A DNA stretch of 64,000 nucleotides from the human T2T-CHM13v2.0 reference genome, Homo sapiens. The notes beneath the pieces are model-generated. The model saw only the letters and a program-made list of their open reading frames with translations. It searched no databases and had not been told where the DNA came from. This document shows, piece after piece, positions 27,246 through 43,580 of the stretch (its first letter is position 1; each line of letters starts with the position of its first letter). The DNA lies in the NCBI RefSeq assembly GCF_009914755.1, contig NC_060936.1. One strand, given 5' to 3'. The translations under genes were made by a program, and so were the position numbers.

Positions 27246-30200
27246 CTGGAAAAGCAGAAAAAACAGAGTAAGGACAGGCCAGCAGCAAAGACACAGGGGC
27301 TCTTACCTACGCCTCCTGCGTACTGAGCCCTGGGGTTGTGCCAAGTGATCACTGGTCTGGGCATTTTCATCTTTGTTGTCAACCAGCCTCAGGGCCATGC
27401 CAAGAAGCAGCAACCACCAGGTCACTAAACGAAGTCTTACATCAGCTGCAGAGATATAATTCTGCCCCCTGAAAGATCCCACTTTGAGAGAGACCATGAT
27501 CCAGTCCATAGGAGCATTAAAGACAGCCCAGAGTTCCCTTAGCAGCAGCTTACTAATCTGGCCCTTATCATGGCCAACTCTAGGGACCCTCACTGACCGG
27601 GAGGCACACTCAGGATGACTGGGATCCAGTCTCCACTCTCGCAGGGCTAGCCTCCCATACAAGACGAACACTCGATCCCAATACTGCTCACCAACGTGCA
27701 GATTTGGGCTTCCCCAAGAGGTTACTTGACATTTACCTAGTAATTTATAGGGTACGGTGTTCTTTACAAAAGAAAAGTGAGATGAGAGAGCAACAGACAA
27801 AGCTTCCCCAGAAAGCATGCCAGGGAGACCAGCATCCTGGAAGTTTGTCAGCCCATCTTGCCTCTAGAAGGTCCTCCAATCTGGCTAAAGCATCATGAAC
27901 ATGGACTGAAACCCTCCTCTGAAAAGTCTATAGAAAGAATAGTCAAAGCAATGACAGTGTGTTTGTCCCAGGAGCCAAGAGAAAAGAACCCAGGACTACG
28001 TTCCATCTTGGAGCTGTGTCCTTAAGAGAGAAAGAGTAACCACAGCTGTTCAGGACGGGTGTGGATGGCAGCCTGCTCTGCTCCCCAAGCACTCTCCCCA
28101 GCAGGGCCGAATCTGAAGATGCACAACACGTGTGCCTCTCTCTGGACGGTCTCAACACTCCTGAGACTTGGCTCAACCCCACCCAGTCTCCACAAGACCT
28201 ACTGATATCACCGCCCACCTCCCAGCAGTGTGCAGTGAGCTGTCTCCAGGCTTTTATCAGCCAAGATTCTAGTCATTTACTGTGCACCTATGATGTACTA
28301 GGTACTATGGAGGAGACAACAAATTAGGATGCCTCAATCTGTGTACACACCCTCCAAGATACAGCAGAACATTCAAAATGCCATTAAAGAAAAAAAACAA
28401 GGTCTCAGGGGGTCAGAAACAAAGACTCAAAGAACACAGAAGACAGTAATTAATACCTTTAGGGATCTGCTGTCATTCTCGTGCGCCTCTCTAGAAGGCT
28501 GAATGATCGAGATTCGCATATTATTTTTGTTTCCTGTTGCCTCTCACCATGGGCAAACAGTGTCAATATTACGGATGGCTCCCAGGCCAGATGTCTGTTC
28601 CCACAGCCCCACTAGCTTCTCAAACCCAGACACTTTTAGCCATCCCTCCAAATTTCCATCTTTCTAAGATTCCCCTCCATACCCCACAGCAACCCTGTTT
28701 TCTGGCTGCACAACCAGGGTCCAACCTATATTTTTCAATTCTTTATTTTCCCTTCCTCCAACAAATTCCCTCGCTTATATCGACATTTGATATCTTGTAT
28801 CAAAATACACATCCCAGGCCCTTCTCCTGGCTCTCTTCTCCACCCTGTTTTCATTGGTTTCCCAAATAAGAATGAAACTAAGTAGGTCTACTAGCCACCC
28901 AACCTGAAAACATATGCACTGAAAAATTAATTATGAATGTATCTAGCAGCACAATCCTTTAAGCACAATTGCTATAACTGAAATGGAGGTGGTAGATGCC
29001 AAGCTCTGGTCACTTGTCCCCTCTGAGGCAATCTGAGGAGCACAGTTTGAAAAGCTGACTTCCTGGGTCAGACTGGCCCTTGCAACACTGGAGTTGCGGG
29101 TTGTACCAGCCTAACAGGACGGGCTCTGGGCTCGGGTCAGGACCCTCCAGTGTCCACAGGCTTCATATGAGCTACAGAGGTTCTGGCCAACCCCATTCCC
29201 TGGGGTGGCCCTGTTTCCTGTCTGATACTGAGAAGAACAGCCCTCCCTCTTCTTCTTCCTGAGGAGTATCACAGAGTAAATAATATCTAATGGACTTCCT
29301 TTGGCTTCTCAGAATACAGTTCCTACACCTTGACTGAGCCTCATTCAGGAGCCTACGGGTGAGGAGTCAGATGGCCATCAGGCTTCATGGAAAATCCCCT
29401 CAAAGGCTTGTACAGAGGTGCAGGCCTCCTCTCACTATGGACATGGAAGCAAGGCCATCGCCTGAGGCCCGCTTAGAACATTCCTGAGAAGCCGCCAATG
29501 CCCCTGCTTGCCTGCCACCATTCCTCTGACACGAAGAGCAGAGAACTATGGAGGAGCTTGGGGAAAGTGTGTTTCTGCAGACTGTGGCTTCAGGGTGATG
29601 ATGGTAGTGTTGTTCTTTCTTTTCTGTCACAACCTAGACAACACATGGACCGGCATATATGAGCCCAAGTGCCTCTGAGGTCGGACCAGAGCTAATAATG
29701 CTAACAATACTACCCTCTTTGCAGAATGAAGTCTGAGACCATCTGTAACTTACTTAAGCTCCCACCTCACTCAACACAGTACAGATCGAAGCCCAGCCTC
29801 CCACGTCCCCTGAGATTTTAAACCATGAGGCTCCCTTCTCCTCCCCAGAAGATGTGAACATTCAGCCTCTAAGACAGGGCACTCGATTCCCTAGAGCAAT
29901 CACACGGTCAAGAGTTCTAGACATGGTTCCTCCTCCACTCCTGCCCTGACCTCCCTACTCATCTTCTTTTTGAAACTTCCCCCAGCTTTTCTACGCAGCC
30001 AGGATTATACCCCAGGACCTGCAGCTCCCCCAATAGTTGACTGGACCAGAGCATGAACTGGACAGCGGACCCGATCCAAGGGCTGAGCTGGGCCTGTCAA
30101 CTTTCCTCTTGAGAAGTTGATCCATGAAACACAAAGACCAACTAAGTCAGACTGGACAGGGATGAACCACGGATCTGAAAAGCTGTGTGGAGTTGAAGTG

Positions 30201-31467
30201 AGATTTAACAAAGCTGTGTGTAAACAAAATGTGTGAGAAAGCAAAACTTCTGCACAGAGGAAGCTGGCCTGCAGTGAGGAGCTGGAGCAGACGGACAGAA
30301 ATACCGGCTCTTAGGACAAATGGAGAGACATGCTGTAGGACCACGGTGCCCACCTACAAATCCTGCACTTCCTGTCTGAAAGATCCTCCTGTATCTTTTC
30401 TACAAATCCCCTTTTATTGTAGCTAGCCTGAATGGGTTCTATTCTTTGCAAGCAAAACTCCCCACTGAAACACGAAATATATTGGTTGTCAATTTTCTAA
30501 AAATGACCTCTAAGCAGCACTCTCTTTATTTGACAGCAAGTTATTTCCCTGGCCTCAGATCGCCTGTGAGAGGAGAAGAAAACCAAAGGGTTTCCAAAAC
30601 TTAGTGTTTCCCACAGGAACACCTGGATACCACAGCGTCATCCTCTCCCAAAGGTACTGAGCACCTCCGCTCACTCTCAGTACCCAAATGCAGGTAGAAT
30701 AGCAGGTGAAGGGCCTGGGTTTCGGGATTTGCCCTCAGGCCCTCCTCCGTCAAACCATTCACCTCGAAAACACCTTCAGGAACTCTGCCTTCACTGCCAT
30801 TGACATTTGCAAAAGCAACCACAAGATGGATGTGCTCGCCTGCCCTGGCACCTCTTCTCTTAACATCATTATCTGCTGATAATAATGTAGTAATAATAAT
30901 CGCATTAAACCAGCAAGCAGAATTTTACCCACAGTCCTCCCTGCAGATTGTTGCTCCCTTTTTCTCCAGTCTGATCCATCCTAAACATGCAAGAATAGGG
31001 CACCCCAGCACACACAGGAGCCTCAGGGGCAGCCACCACGAACTGGATTTGGGAAACAGGGATCATGTTTTCCGTACCTCAAATTATAAACATGGTCTGA
31101 AAATCAACAGTCTATGTGGAAACACCAGAGTAAACTGAAACAAGGACGATCCTAGAAAATTCAGAGCATACATTTGTTCTAGGGACAGGCGAAGGTGATA
31201 CATGAGGGTGGAAGAAAAAGGAAAACTTCAAGTCCTCTTTTCTAGGCATTTAGTCCTCCCCATGTCTCTGCTCAAACCTACTCCACCAGTACTTTAGACT
31301 TAAGGCCATACAACAGACGTGACCATTAGCCAAGGACTGAACTGCAGAAGGATGACGCAGAAATCCTTTGCTCATGCTTTTTCTTCTTACCCAGCCCTAA
31401 CCCCCTCCCTCTTCCTCACCCCTAGCCTTGAACCAGAGGTCACTAAAGAACCTTTCTTGCCCTTCCT

Positions 31468-31560
31468 CGTGAACCCGGGAGGCAGAGCTTGCAGTGAGCC
31501 GAGATTGTGCCACTGCACTCCAGCCTGGGCGACAGAGCGAGTCTCCATTTCAAAAAAAAA
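31468..31560 (+). mobile_element. 5'-truncated AluY-like
   Basis: Last ~90 nt of Alu with A-tail; 23-bp TSD aaagaacctttctt(g/a)cccttcct. Confidence 0.88.
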
Positions 31561-31647
31561 AAGAACCTTTCTTACCCTTCCTAAGATGCCCTCCTCTACT
31601 TTCCCGCTCTGATAGCTGCAGGCATGCCCAGCCCCTGCCCCACTCAC

Positions 31648-31797
31648 CGACCGACAGCTGTCCTCACAGGGCTTCTGGGAGCACTGGGCCACGCGGAGGC
31701 CCATCACGGCATCCTCCATGTCGGTGCAGGTGCACACATCGCAGCCCTCCTCCCAGAACTGGCCCACAGGGTAGATGGTGCTTCGGTGGACACACAC
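31648..31797 (-). CDS. VWF: VWF exon 43 (aa 2430-2479, C3)
   Basis: acag|[50 protein letters not shown]|gtgagt; 150 nt. Confidence 0.97.
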
Positions 31798-32649
31798 CTG
31801 TAGACATAAGTTTTCGTGAGTGAACTCATTTGTTTCATTGAAACAAGCGGTGAGTTAGCACCTACTACACAGAAGCCGCTCTAGGTGCTGAGAATGTGGC
31901 AATAAATAAAACCAAATGTGGTCTCCGCCCATATGCAGGGCTGCTTATAAAGCAGATTTCGTCCTCCTCCTTTCCCTGCCCACCAGCCTTAGAAAAGCTA
32001 TGACCAGTCTCTCAGGGGTGGCCCCTCGTGAGGCCTTCATGGTCCCACAGACTTGAATACAACACACTGGCTGCCTTGGTCTCCCTTCTTCCTGCCTTAA
32101 CTGCACTTCACTCCTTCCTATGTCACCGAGAAGCTGTACCCACATGCCCAGACCCAGTAATGTCCTTGGACTTGGAGCCCATCCTCATCGAGCCCTCTGC
32201 CCACTTACGAGCAAATTGGGCAGGGGCTATGAATGCATGTCCCCTTGCCCACGAGTGACTAGGAACATAACAAGTAAAGACTCTGGGACACAGAGCAGGG
32301 GATATGTTTGAGAGACAAGGGATCCTATTGGGAAGAACAATAGGCTCTGGTAGAGATGTGGGAAAACAGATGAAAAAGGCTGGTTGAAAGGGAAACGTGG
32401 AAAGTCTGGGATGCACGCCACAGACAATGCTCGGACATCCTTTTGTTGGAATGAGGAGCTAAGGAAGCTGTTTGATCACGGGACTTAATGACAGTTTTGA
32501 AATTAATCCCAAGTATGCCCTCCAAAGTTATGCAAAACGGGTCTCCACCCTGTGAATGTCATAATAGCAGTTCAAACATTTTGAAACCATTATCATTTAT
32601 CTTCTCAGTCTTCTAGCTTCTGTATAATGAACTTACTGAATGAGACCCC

Positions 32650-36110
<3,461 letters not shown>

Positions 36111-36787
36111 AGAAAAACAGCAAGGCAGGAGGGGTGGGCAGGAAGACGAGAAGGAGAACAGAGATATAAGAAAGCAGCAGCAGCAACTGTAGCCTCCTAG
36201 ACTTGTTCCCGCTTCTCCAAAACTGCGTGCTTAGAATCCCTGAGCTGGAAGAGCGTCCAGAGGGGAAGAGAGGTCTTAAGCATTCCAGACAAATAAAGAT
36301 CTGTTCCAGCCCTAACAGGCTCCAAGGAGAGATGACTGCAGCTTGTCTGTCATTCATGTCAGGACTCCCCTCAATGCAGCAGCTATAACTATGCTCAGGT
36401 CTTCCTGCTGCAGTTCTGGCTCATTTCAGTTCTCACTCCGCCACTTTCGCGCCCTTCACTTTCCCACTCCATCAATTAAATCTTTAATGATAGCTAATCT
36501 TGGTGGCTCTTTCACCTATAAGACTGCTGTTTGTAATGAAAATCTGTACCATTCGTTGACACTTTATTATATTCAGTTTATAGACTATTGTCATATATAC
36601 TAACAAGGGCATACATAGGAACTTCATCTTAACATTTCTCCCATAGCACCTAGCACAGTGCCAATTCTGTTAGAACACAGTAGTTGCTTAGTAAATATTG
36701 GATGGGCAGATGGATGGATGAATGGATGGGTGGATAGATGGATAAACTGACAGCAATAAATAAATGAGTAAACTATTAACTGCTCGT

Positions 36788-36905
36788 AGCCAGGTGTGGT
36801 GGTGTGCACTTGTAATCTCACCTACTCGTGAGGCAGAGGTGGGAGGATCACTTGAGCCCAGGAGTCCAAGACCAGCCTAGGCAACATAGCAAGACCTCAT
36901 CTCAA
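36788..36905 (+). mobile_element. FLAM (Alu monomer) between L2 3'-end fragments
   Basis: Single left-arm-type monomer ending gacctcatctcaa. Confidence 0.8.
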
Positions 36906-37326
36906 CATGTATGTATAACCATTAACTGATCTCTAAATAATCCATGCAATCATGTTATTTCCTTAGCTAACCTAAAATAAGCTTATAAAGGTAAAGACCA
37001 TGTCCTGCACATTATTTGTAACCTCAGCACCTAGCCATGCTTAGTACATAGTAGGCTCACAAGAAATGCCTCCTGAGTTAACTAAATTTCCACTCAGGCT
37101 GAGCTGGAATGCTGACTGCCCCCCAACCAAGCCTTGTAGCACTTGGTTTGGGCAAGAAGGGAATGCTGGGTAGGATGCAAATCTTCCATGAGGAGCACAT
37201 GTTGCTTAGCAAATATTGGATGGGTAGGTGGATGGATGAATGGATGGGTGGATAGAAGGATAAACTGACAGCAATAAATAAATGAGTAAACTATTAACTG
37301 ATAGTTAATAGCCAAGCAGTCCTTAC

Positions 37327-37532
37327 CTTGTCGGGAAGGCAGGTGGTTGTGGTACAGCCACAGTCATTGGTGGCGGTTGAGGCCAAGTACCCAAGGGGAC
37401 AGCTCACTGTGGAGTTGACACAGTTGCAGGCACACTCATACTCATCACAGCACTGGGTCTTCCGAAGGGTGGGCAAACGGTGCGGGGGGCAGGAGGGTGG
37501 GGACACTCTTTTGCACTCCTCCTTCCTGCAGG
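37327..37532 (-). CDS. VWF: VWF exon 42 (aa 2361-2429, C2 and linker)
   Basis: tcag|CC TGC AGG AAG...[58 protein letters not shown]|gtaagg; 206 nt. Confidence 0.97.
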
Positions 37533-38691
37533 CTGAGGGTAGGACAAGGCCACACTGAGCACTGCGCCCAGCCAGGGCTCGTAAGTATTCAGCTATGCTA
37601 TAGGGTGCCAGGGAGCTTTAGACTCAGAAGATTAAGTCAGAAATGTGTGAGGGCCAAGCTCACGGGCTGGGAGTTATTCAATGTTACCAAAAGCAGTCCA
37701 TCTGCAGAAAAATATGAACATTAATCAAAAAGGGAAATGTGAAGCTAGGAACTCTAATGGAGGAGAAGTGAAGGCTGCTCAATCCCTGCTCTATCACTTT
37801 CCCACATACATCTGGAAGGGGCGGGTTCCTTCATTCTCAGAGGTGTCAGATGTAGAATCTCTAAGTCCAGTAGGTCTGGGTACACCACGCCCTGCTAAGC
37901 ACTGTTCTATGCCAGGAGCTTCTGTGATCCTATCCCCACCTCAGTACCTAGAACAATACCCTACACTTTAGGTCCGCCAGCAATCAGTGTGGAATGAAAG
38001 ATTGCCAGCAATCTTGTCAAAGCCACAATGTCACTTTTAAAAGACCAAATCCTGTCCCTGTGTCCTTTGCCTGTTTCCAGCTCCCTTCAAACACAATGTG
38101 CTCTCCTCCCACCTTGAAGTCTCACATCTAGGAAGTCGGGTGAGTGTCCACATCAGCAGGACAAGAACGCCAACGGAGTTAGAGTGGGGATTCTCGGGAG
38201 GTAAATACAGAATTTGGTTTCTTGTCGTGTCTTATTTTAGTCCATCGCTATGTTTAAGTTACAGTATATAGTGATTACATATATACACCTTCAGAGGCGA
38301 AAAACTATAAATTTGTTTGGGAATAAGATCCAATGATGAGGGGAAGTCAAGGAAACATTCCCTCCCCTTGATGACATACAGGAGGATGGGCAGAAATAAA
38401 AGATTAGATTCGGAGGCCTCCTCATCTCAGCCCCAGCTGCTTCTTCATAAACCCAAGACGGAGGTGCCTGTGGCTGTGCCCACACCTGGTATCCTTCAGC
38501 AGCGTGCAGCCGGAAGGATTCCGTGCAGGTGTGACCCTAACCCCTCTGTTCCAGATGTACTCCCAACCCAGATTCAGCTAGGTAGAAAACAGGAAATGAC
38601 GTGATCTTGGAAGAGGTCCCTGAGGAGGATGGCCTCCCTCACACCAGCAGAGAGAGGCCACACCACCCCTCCTCATCCACAGAGGCCTTAC

Positions 38692-38796
38692 CGCAGGTGA
38701 AGTTGGGTCTGCACTCGCCAGGGTTGGTCAGTGTGGGCTGGAGGCCACGTTCACAGTGAGGCACTGGGGGCAGGTCACAGCTCACTGGGTCACACA
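38692..38796 (-). CDS. VWF: VWF exon 41 (aa 2326-2361)
   Basis: tcag|[35 protein letters not shown]|gtaagg; 105 nt. Confidence 0.96.
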
Positions 38797-38939
38797 CTGA
38801 GGGCCAGAAAGAGAGACGTCCATGCAGAGTTCAGAAAGGTTACTCTTTTATTACCTGTGAGTGGGATGCTACATTCCTATTCATGCAGACTTCTACTGTT
38901 TTAGGTAAGTGATGATGATGGAGACAGAGATTACATGGG

Positions 38940-38943
38940 TTAG

Positions 38944-38989
<46 letters not shown>

Positions 38990-39532
38990 ATGATAACTAG
39001 ATACATGAGATAGATTTGATAGATAGATACATACATACATACATACATACAGGATAGATAACTAGGTACATTAGATAGATAGATAGATAGATAGATGGAT
39101 GATAGATAGAGGATAGATGATAGATACACAGCTTAGAGAGAGATAGGATAGATGATAAAACATAGGGTAGATAGACAGATAGATATAGAATAGATGATAG
39201 ATACATATGTTAGACAGAGATAGGATAGATGATAGATACATAGGTTAGATAGAGATAGGATAGATTATAAATAGATACACAGGTTAGATAGATTAGACAG
39301 ACAGATAGATACATACATAGATATAGGATAGATAACTAGATACAATAGAGATAGATAGATAGATAGATAGATAGATGATAGAGGATAGATGATAAATAGA
39401 TATATAGCTTAGATAGAGATAGGATAGATGATAGATACAAAGGATAGATAGAGACAGGATAGATGATAAATAGATACATAGGTTAGATAGAGATAGGACA
39501 GATGATAAATACATAGGATGGATGGATAGATG

Positions 39533-39598
<66 letters not shown>

Positions 39599-39605
39599 TA
39601 GATCA
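38940..39605. repeat. VWF intron 40 complex GATA/ATCT repeat region: (GATA)11 at 38944-38987, (AGAT)7 at 39349-39376, vWA at 39535-39602
   Basis: Repeat units counted directly; established polymorphic intron-40 VNTR cluster. Confidence 0.95.
39535..39602 (+). repeat. Forensic STR vWA, allele 17: TAGA TGGA [TAGA]12 [CAGA]4 TAGA
   Basis: Flanks GGACAGATGATAAATACATAGGATGGATGG and GATTATTCTTATCATCCACTAGGG match the recalled vWA primer sites; units counted. Confidence 0.93.
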
Positions 39606-40602
39606 ATCCAAGTCACATACTGATTATTCTTATCATCCACTAGGGCTTTCACATCTCAGCCAAGTCAACTTGGATCCTCTAGACCTGTTTCTTCTTCTGG
39701 AAGGTGGGAACTCTACCTTATAGGATCAGTCTGAGGAGTTCACAAAATAATAAGGGCAAAGTGCCCGGCACATTGTAGGAGACTAGTAATGTCTATAAAA
39801 TGAGGGGCTTGAAGTAAATGATCCCTCTAGTTCTCTCTACTGCTAACATTCTAAGACCTCCTTTACATTAATTGTTCTCAAGCCACATCTCCCTCCCCTA
39901 CAGGACTTCTATTTATTTCTGATCAATTTCATGAGTACAAATAAGTTTCTCCGATTATATGATTTTCTTTTAGTTCCTTGGACTGTCCCCTGATCTATCT
40001 GCTCTCCCTTCAATATCTGCATCACTGCAAATTGTACAAGCCTGTGCTTTAGGTCTTCATCTGTACAAGCAATAAACACACTGGACAGGACTGGGACAAA
40101 GGCACTAATGATTTCCTGCCATGCTAACCGTAATTCCATCAGCTCTGAATTCACGGACTTATACCATTATTCAGCCCACTATTCACAGAGCAGCCTGCAA
40201 GGCTAGCATGAAAACCTCTAGCAAACAACCTGCTGAACTCAAGGTGCCCAGTGTGTGGTCTTCTCTATATCTAGCAGCCTCAAAATCTTATTGAAAATGA
40301 AAATGGGTTGCTTTGGCGTGACCTTTTCTTCAGTATATCTCCATAGTCCCCAGTAATCACCCCATTCTTGTATTAATCCTGTCAAACCTGTGTTTAGTAA
40401 TTTACAGTAGATTCTTCTAGGAAGCAAATCCTATTCTCCAGAGGTAACCCTTTCCACTTTTTTGGAGTATCCAGTCGGTCCTTACCCACCTCCTTTCACA
40501 CACCCTGTGCCTGAGAACAGAGACACCTTTCAGCACCTTCAACGTGGTGCCCCCTGGGGCTAGGGTTGGGCCCTGGAGACATCCCCCTGGTGGGACACAT
40601 AC

Positions 40603-40677
40603 CACACTCATACTCGGGGCAGCACTGGTCTGCATTCTGGCGGAGGCGGGCTACTTCACACAGGCCACACGTGGGAG
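40603..40677 (-). CDS. VWF: VWF exon 40 (aa 2301-2326, C1)
   Basis: ctag|[25 protein letters not shown]|gtatgt; 75 nt. Confidence 0.96.
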
Positions 40678-41120
40678 CTAGAGGAGAGGAACGGCCACAA
40701 AAGTCAGAGAAATTAGTGGTGGGACAGCCTCAGAGGGATTTGAAATGTTCTTGCTCACTGAAAACTAGTAGGAGTTCTGTACGGTCATCCCACAAGGATC
40801 CAGGCCACGGGACCTCTGACAGATGAGTGTCCCCATGTTCCTGTTGACACCCTCACATTTACCCTCCAGGGGACTCTTAAGTCTGACCGTTGCTGGGGAC
40901 CAGAGGCGAGGGTTAATCTGAGAATGTCGACCCCAGGTGCAGAATGGGGCTCCCAGGCCCAGTGATGGGAAATGCAGGCTGGGCAAGGAAGCCCACCCAC
41001 TCTAGGACTCTAGGTGCCAGTGTTTGAGTCTGCTCTGCCAGAGGTGAAGATGGGTGGCTGGGGGGCCTTGCAGGGGCCCTTGTTCCTCCATGAAGGCACC
41101 AGGGAGGGGAGGACTCTCAC

Positions 41121-41223
41121 CTTTGGCCGTGGGGCAGGGCTGCGTTGTGCAGTTGACCTTCCGCCCGCTGAGGCATGTGCAGATCTGACAGGGCTGGTGG
41201 TCCGGGACCCAGGCTTCCAGGAA
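41121..41223 (-). CDS. VWF: VWF exon 39 (aa 2267-2301, C1)
   Basis: tcag|[34 protein letters not shown]|gtgaga; 103 nt. Confidence 0.97.
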
Positions 41224-42431
41224 CTGAGGGCAAAGCAAGGTTCAGAAAGGGCACAGGACATTCTAGGTACGAAGCCCAGAATTCACAGAGGTCAGCTCTC
41301 CCTGCCTCCGGCAAGGGCCAGTCCCTGACCCAGCCCTCTGACAGAGCCTCACAGGCAAACAAAAGCAGGCTGAAAGGAGGTTGTGAGGTTCTAATGGCTT
41401 TCAGAAAGGTGGTTGCCACATTGCTTTGTAAACTAACATGCGGAAATTTTCACTACAGCCTTCTCTGTTGGCAGTGCTAAAACCAAGCAAAGAAAGAAAA
41501 ATGAGAGTTCTTGGATCGCACTGCTAGTCATTTCTCAAGCCAAAGGAGAAATTGGGTTGTTGCTTGGGGAAAAAAATCCATTTATTTCTGAAATTGACTT
41601 CAGACAATAGGGTAGGAAGAGCGGTGGGGAGGACAGCAAAACTCTTGAAAGCATCACATTCTTGACGCCCGCAGTGACTTTAGAGGCCTGAGTGCAGTTC
41701 TCTGATTTTTCAAATGGGAGACGGCCCAGGGCAGAGAGCAGCCTTCTCGAAGGTACACACAGCCCCACAGCACAAGGCTTTGAAGTCAGGAACTCCTGAA
41801 CTCTAACAAAGGCTGCATTCCGCTGTGCCTCAGTTTCCTCACCTGTAAAATGAGCGTACTCAAGCCTGCCTTGCAGGACTGTTGTAAGGAGTGAGAAACT
41901 GTGATTAGCACAGGGTACACAGCAAAGAGCTCCACTAATAAGAAGCAGAGCCAGGACTCAGTCTCCCTCTGGATTCAGCCATAAAGTTAAATTTAAACTT
42001 AAAATTAAATTCAAGTGAAATTGCCCCTGAAGAAACACATTCTTATCCAGTAGCTCAAAGGCCTCTAAGAAGTTCCCAGGTCAAGAAGGTCTTACTTATT
42101 ACTTCCACAGTCAGCAATCAGTCAGCTAAGAAGGAAGATCAAATACCCCCAAGTAAGGCCCCCTTCCCCCAAAGTGCCCTGCCCTCCTTCAGGATTAATT
42201 CCTCTGGTCCTGCCCTTGACACCTTTCACTCACTCAATAAATGATAGCAGCTAACATTCAGATGCCACCTGCTGTGTGCCACTGTGTTGAGGGCTTTATT
42301 TAAATCACTCATGTAATCCTCACTGCAGTCCTACGGTGAGGATATGTTTTACCACTGCCCTCACTTTTCCAATGAGAAAGCTAAGGCACCTGCTAGGTTC
42401 CCACAGGCACAGCGACAGAGTGAGGATTTGA

Positions 42432-42826
<395 letters not shown>

Positions 42827-43169
42827 TAACTAATAATAAATATGTTCAAGATATTTTTCTAAGAGTTTTACATTTATGTACTTTATTTTCCTAATAATAA
42901 CACTACCAGATAAGTAGTAGTATCTATATTTACAAATAATGAAACTGAGACACCAAGAAGTTAAGAAATTTGACCAAGTGGCACATCCAGGCTTCGAACT
43001 TAGCATTCTGGCCCCAGACACCACAGGCCTAGCCTCTTGCAGTACAACTGCTTCTCATCAGCAAACACAGTGCCCATCATGGGCAGGTCTGAACACACCG
43101 TCCTAGCCCTCGAATGGCTGACAGTCAGGTTGAGGAAATAAGACTCATTCGTGAAAATCTGAATGAGAA

Positions 43170-43580
43170 AAATAAATTGTGATACACACACACCGTGGAA
43201 TACTACCTAGCAATGAGAAGGAGAAAACTATCAAAACAGACAGCATCATGGATGAATCCCAAAAGCGTTATGCTGGGTGAAGGAAGCCAGGCAGAAAAGA
43301 AGTGCGTAGGCATGATTCCATTTATGTGAAATTCCAGAAAATGTAAACGAATCTATAGTGACAGAAAGCAGACCAGTAGTTGTCTAGGGTTGAGGGATAT
43401 ATTTAAAAGGGCATAAGCTAACCTTTGGGGGATGGAAATTCATTATCTTGGTTATGTCAATGGTTTTATAGGTGTGTACATATGTCAAAACCTATCAAAT
43501 TGTACACTTTAAATATGTGCTGTTTGTGGCATGTAAATTATATCTCAATAAAGCTATTTGTAAAAATAAAAAATAAAAGA
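43170..43580 (+). mobile_element. L1M (MB/ME-type) 3' end
   Basis: ggaatactacc...tgattccatttatgtgaaattccagaaaatg...aattatatctcaataaagct. Confidence 0.75.

Noticed and set aside
27246-27330. Strong donor-like TAG|GTAAGA at 27307/27306 upstream of exon 44
   Set aside because: It would leave a 61-nt intron, below the usual human minimum, and has no good upstream acceptor.
36788-36905. Possible 7SL RNA pseudogene
   Set aside because: Lacks the 7SL S-domain, so it is a FLAM monomer. No tRNA, snRNA or snoRNA could be recognised with confidence anywhere in the window; an Infernal/Rfam scan would be decisive.
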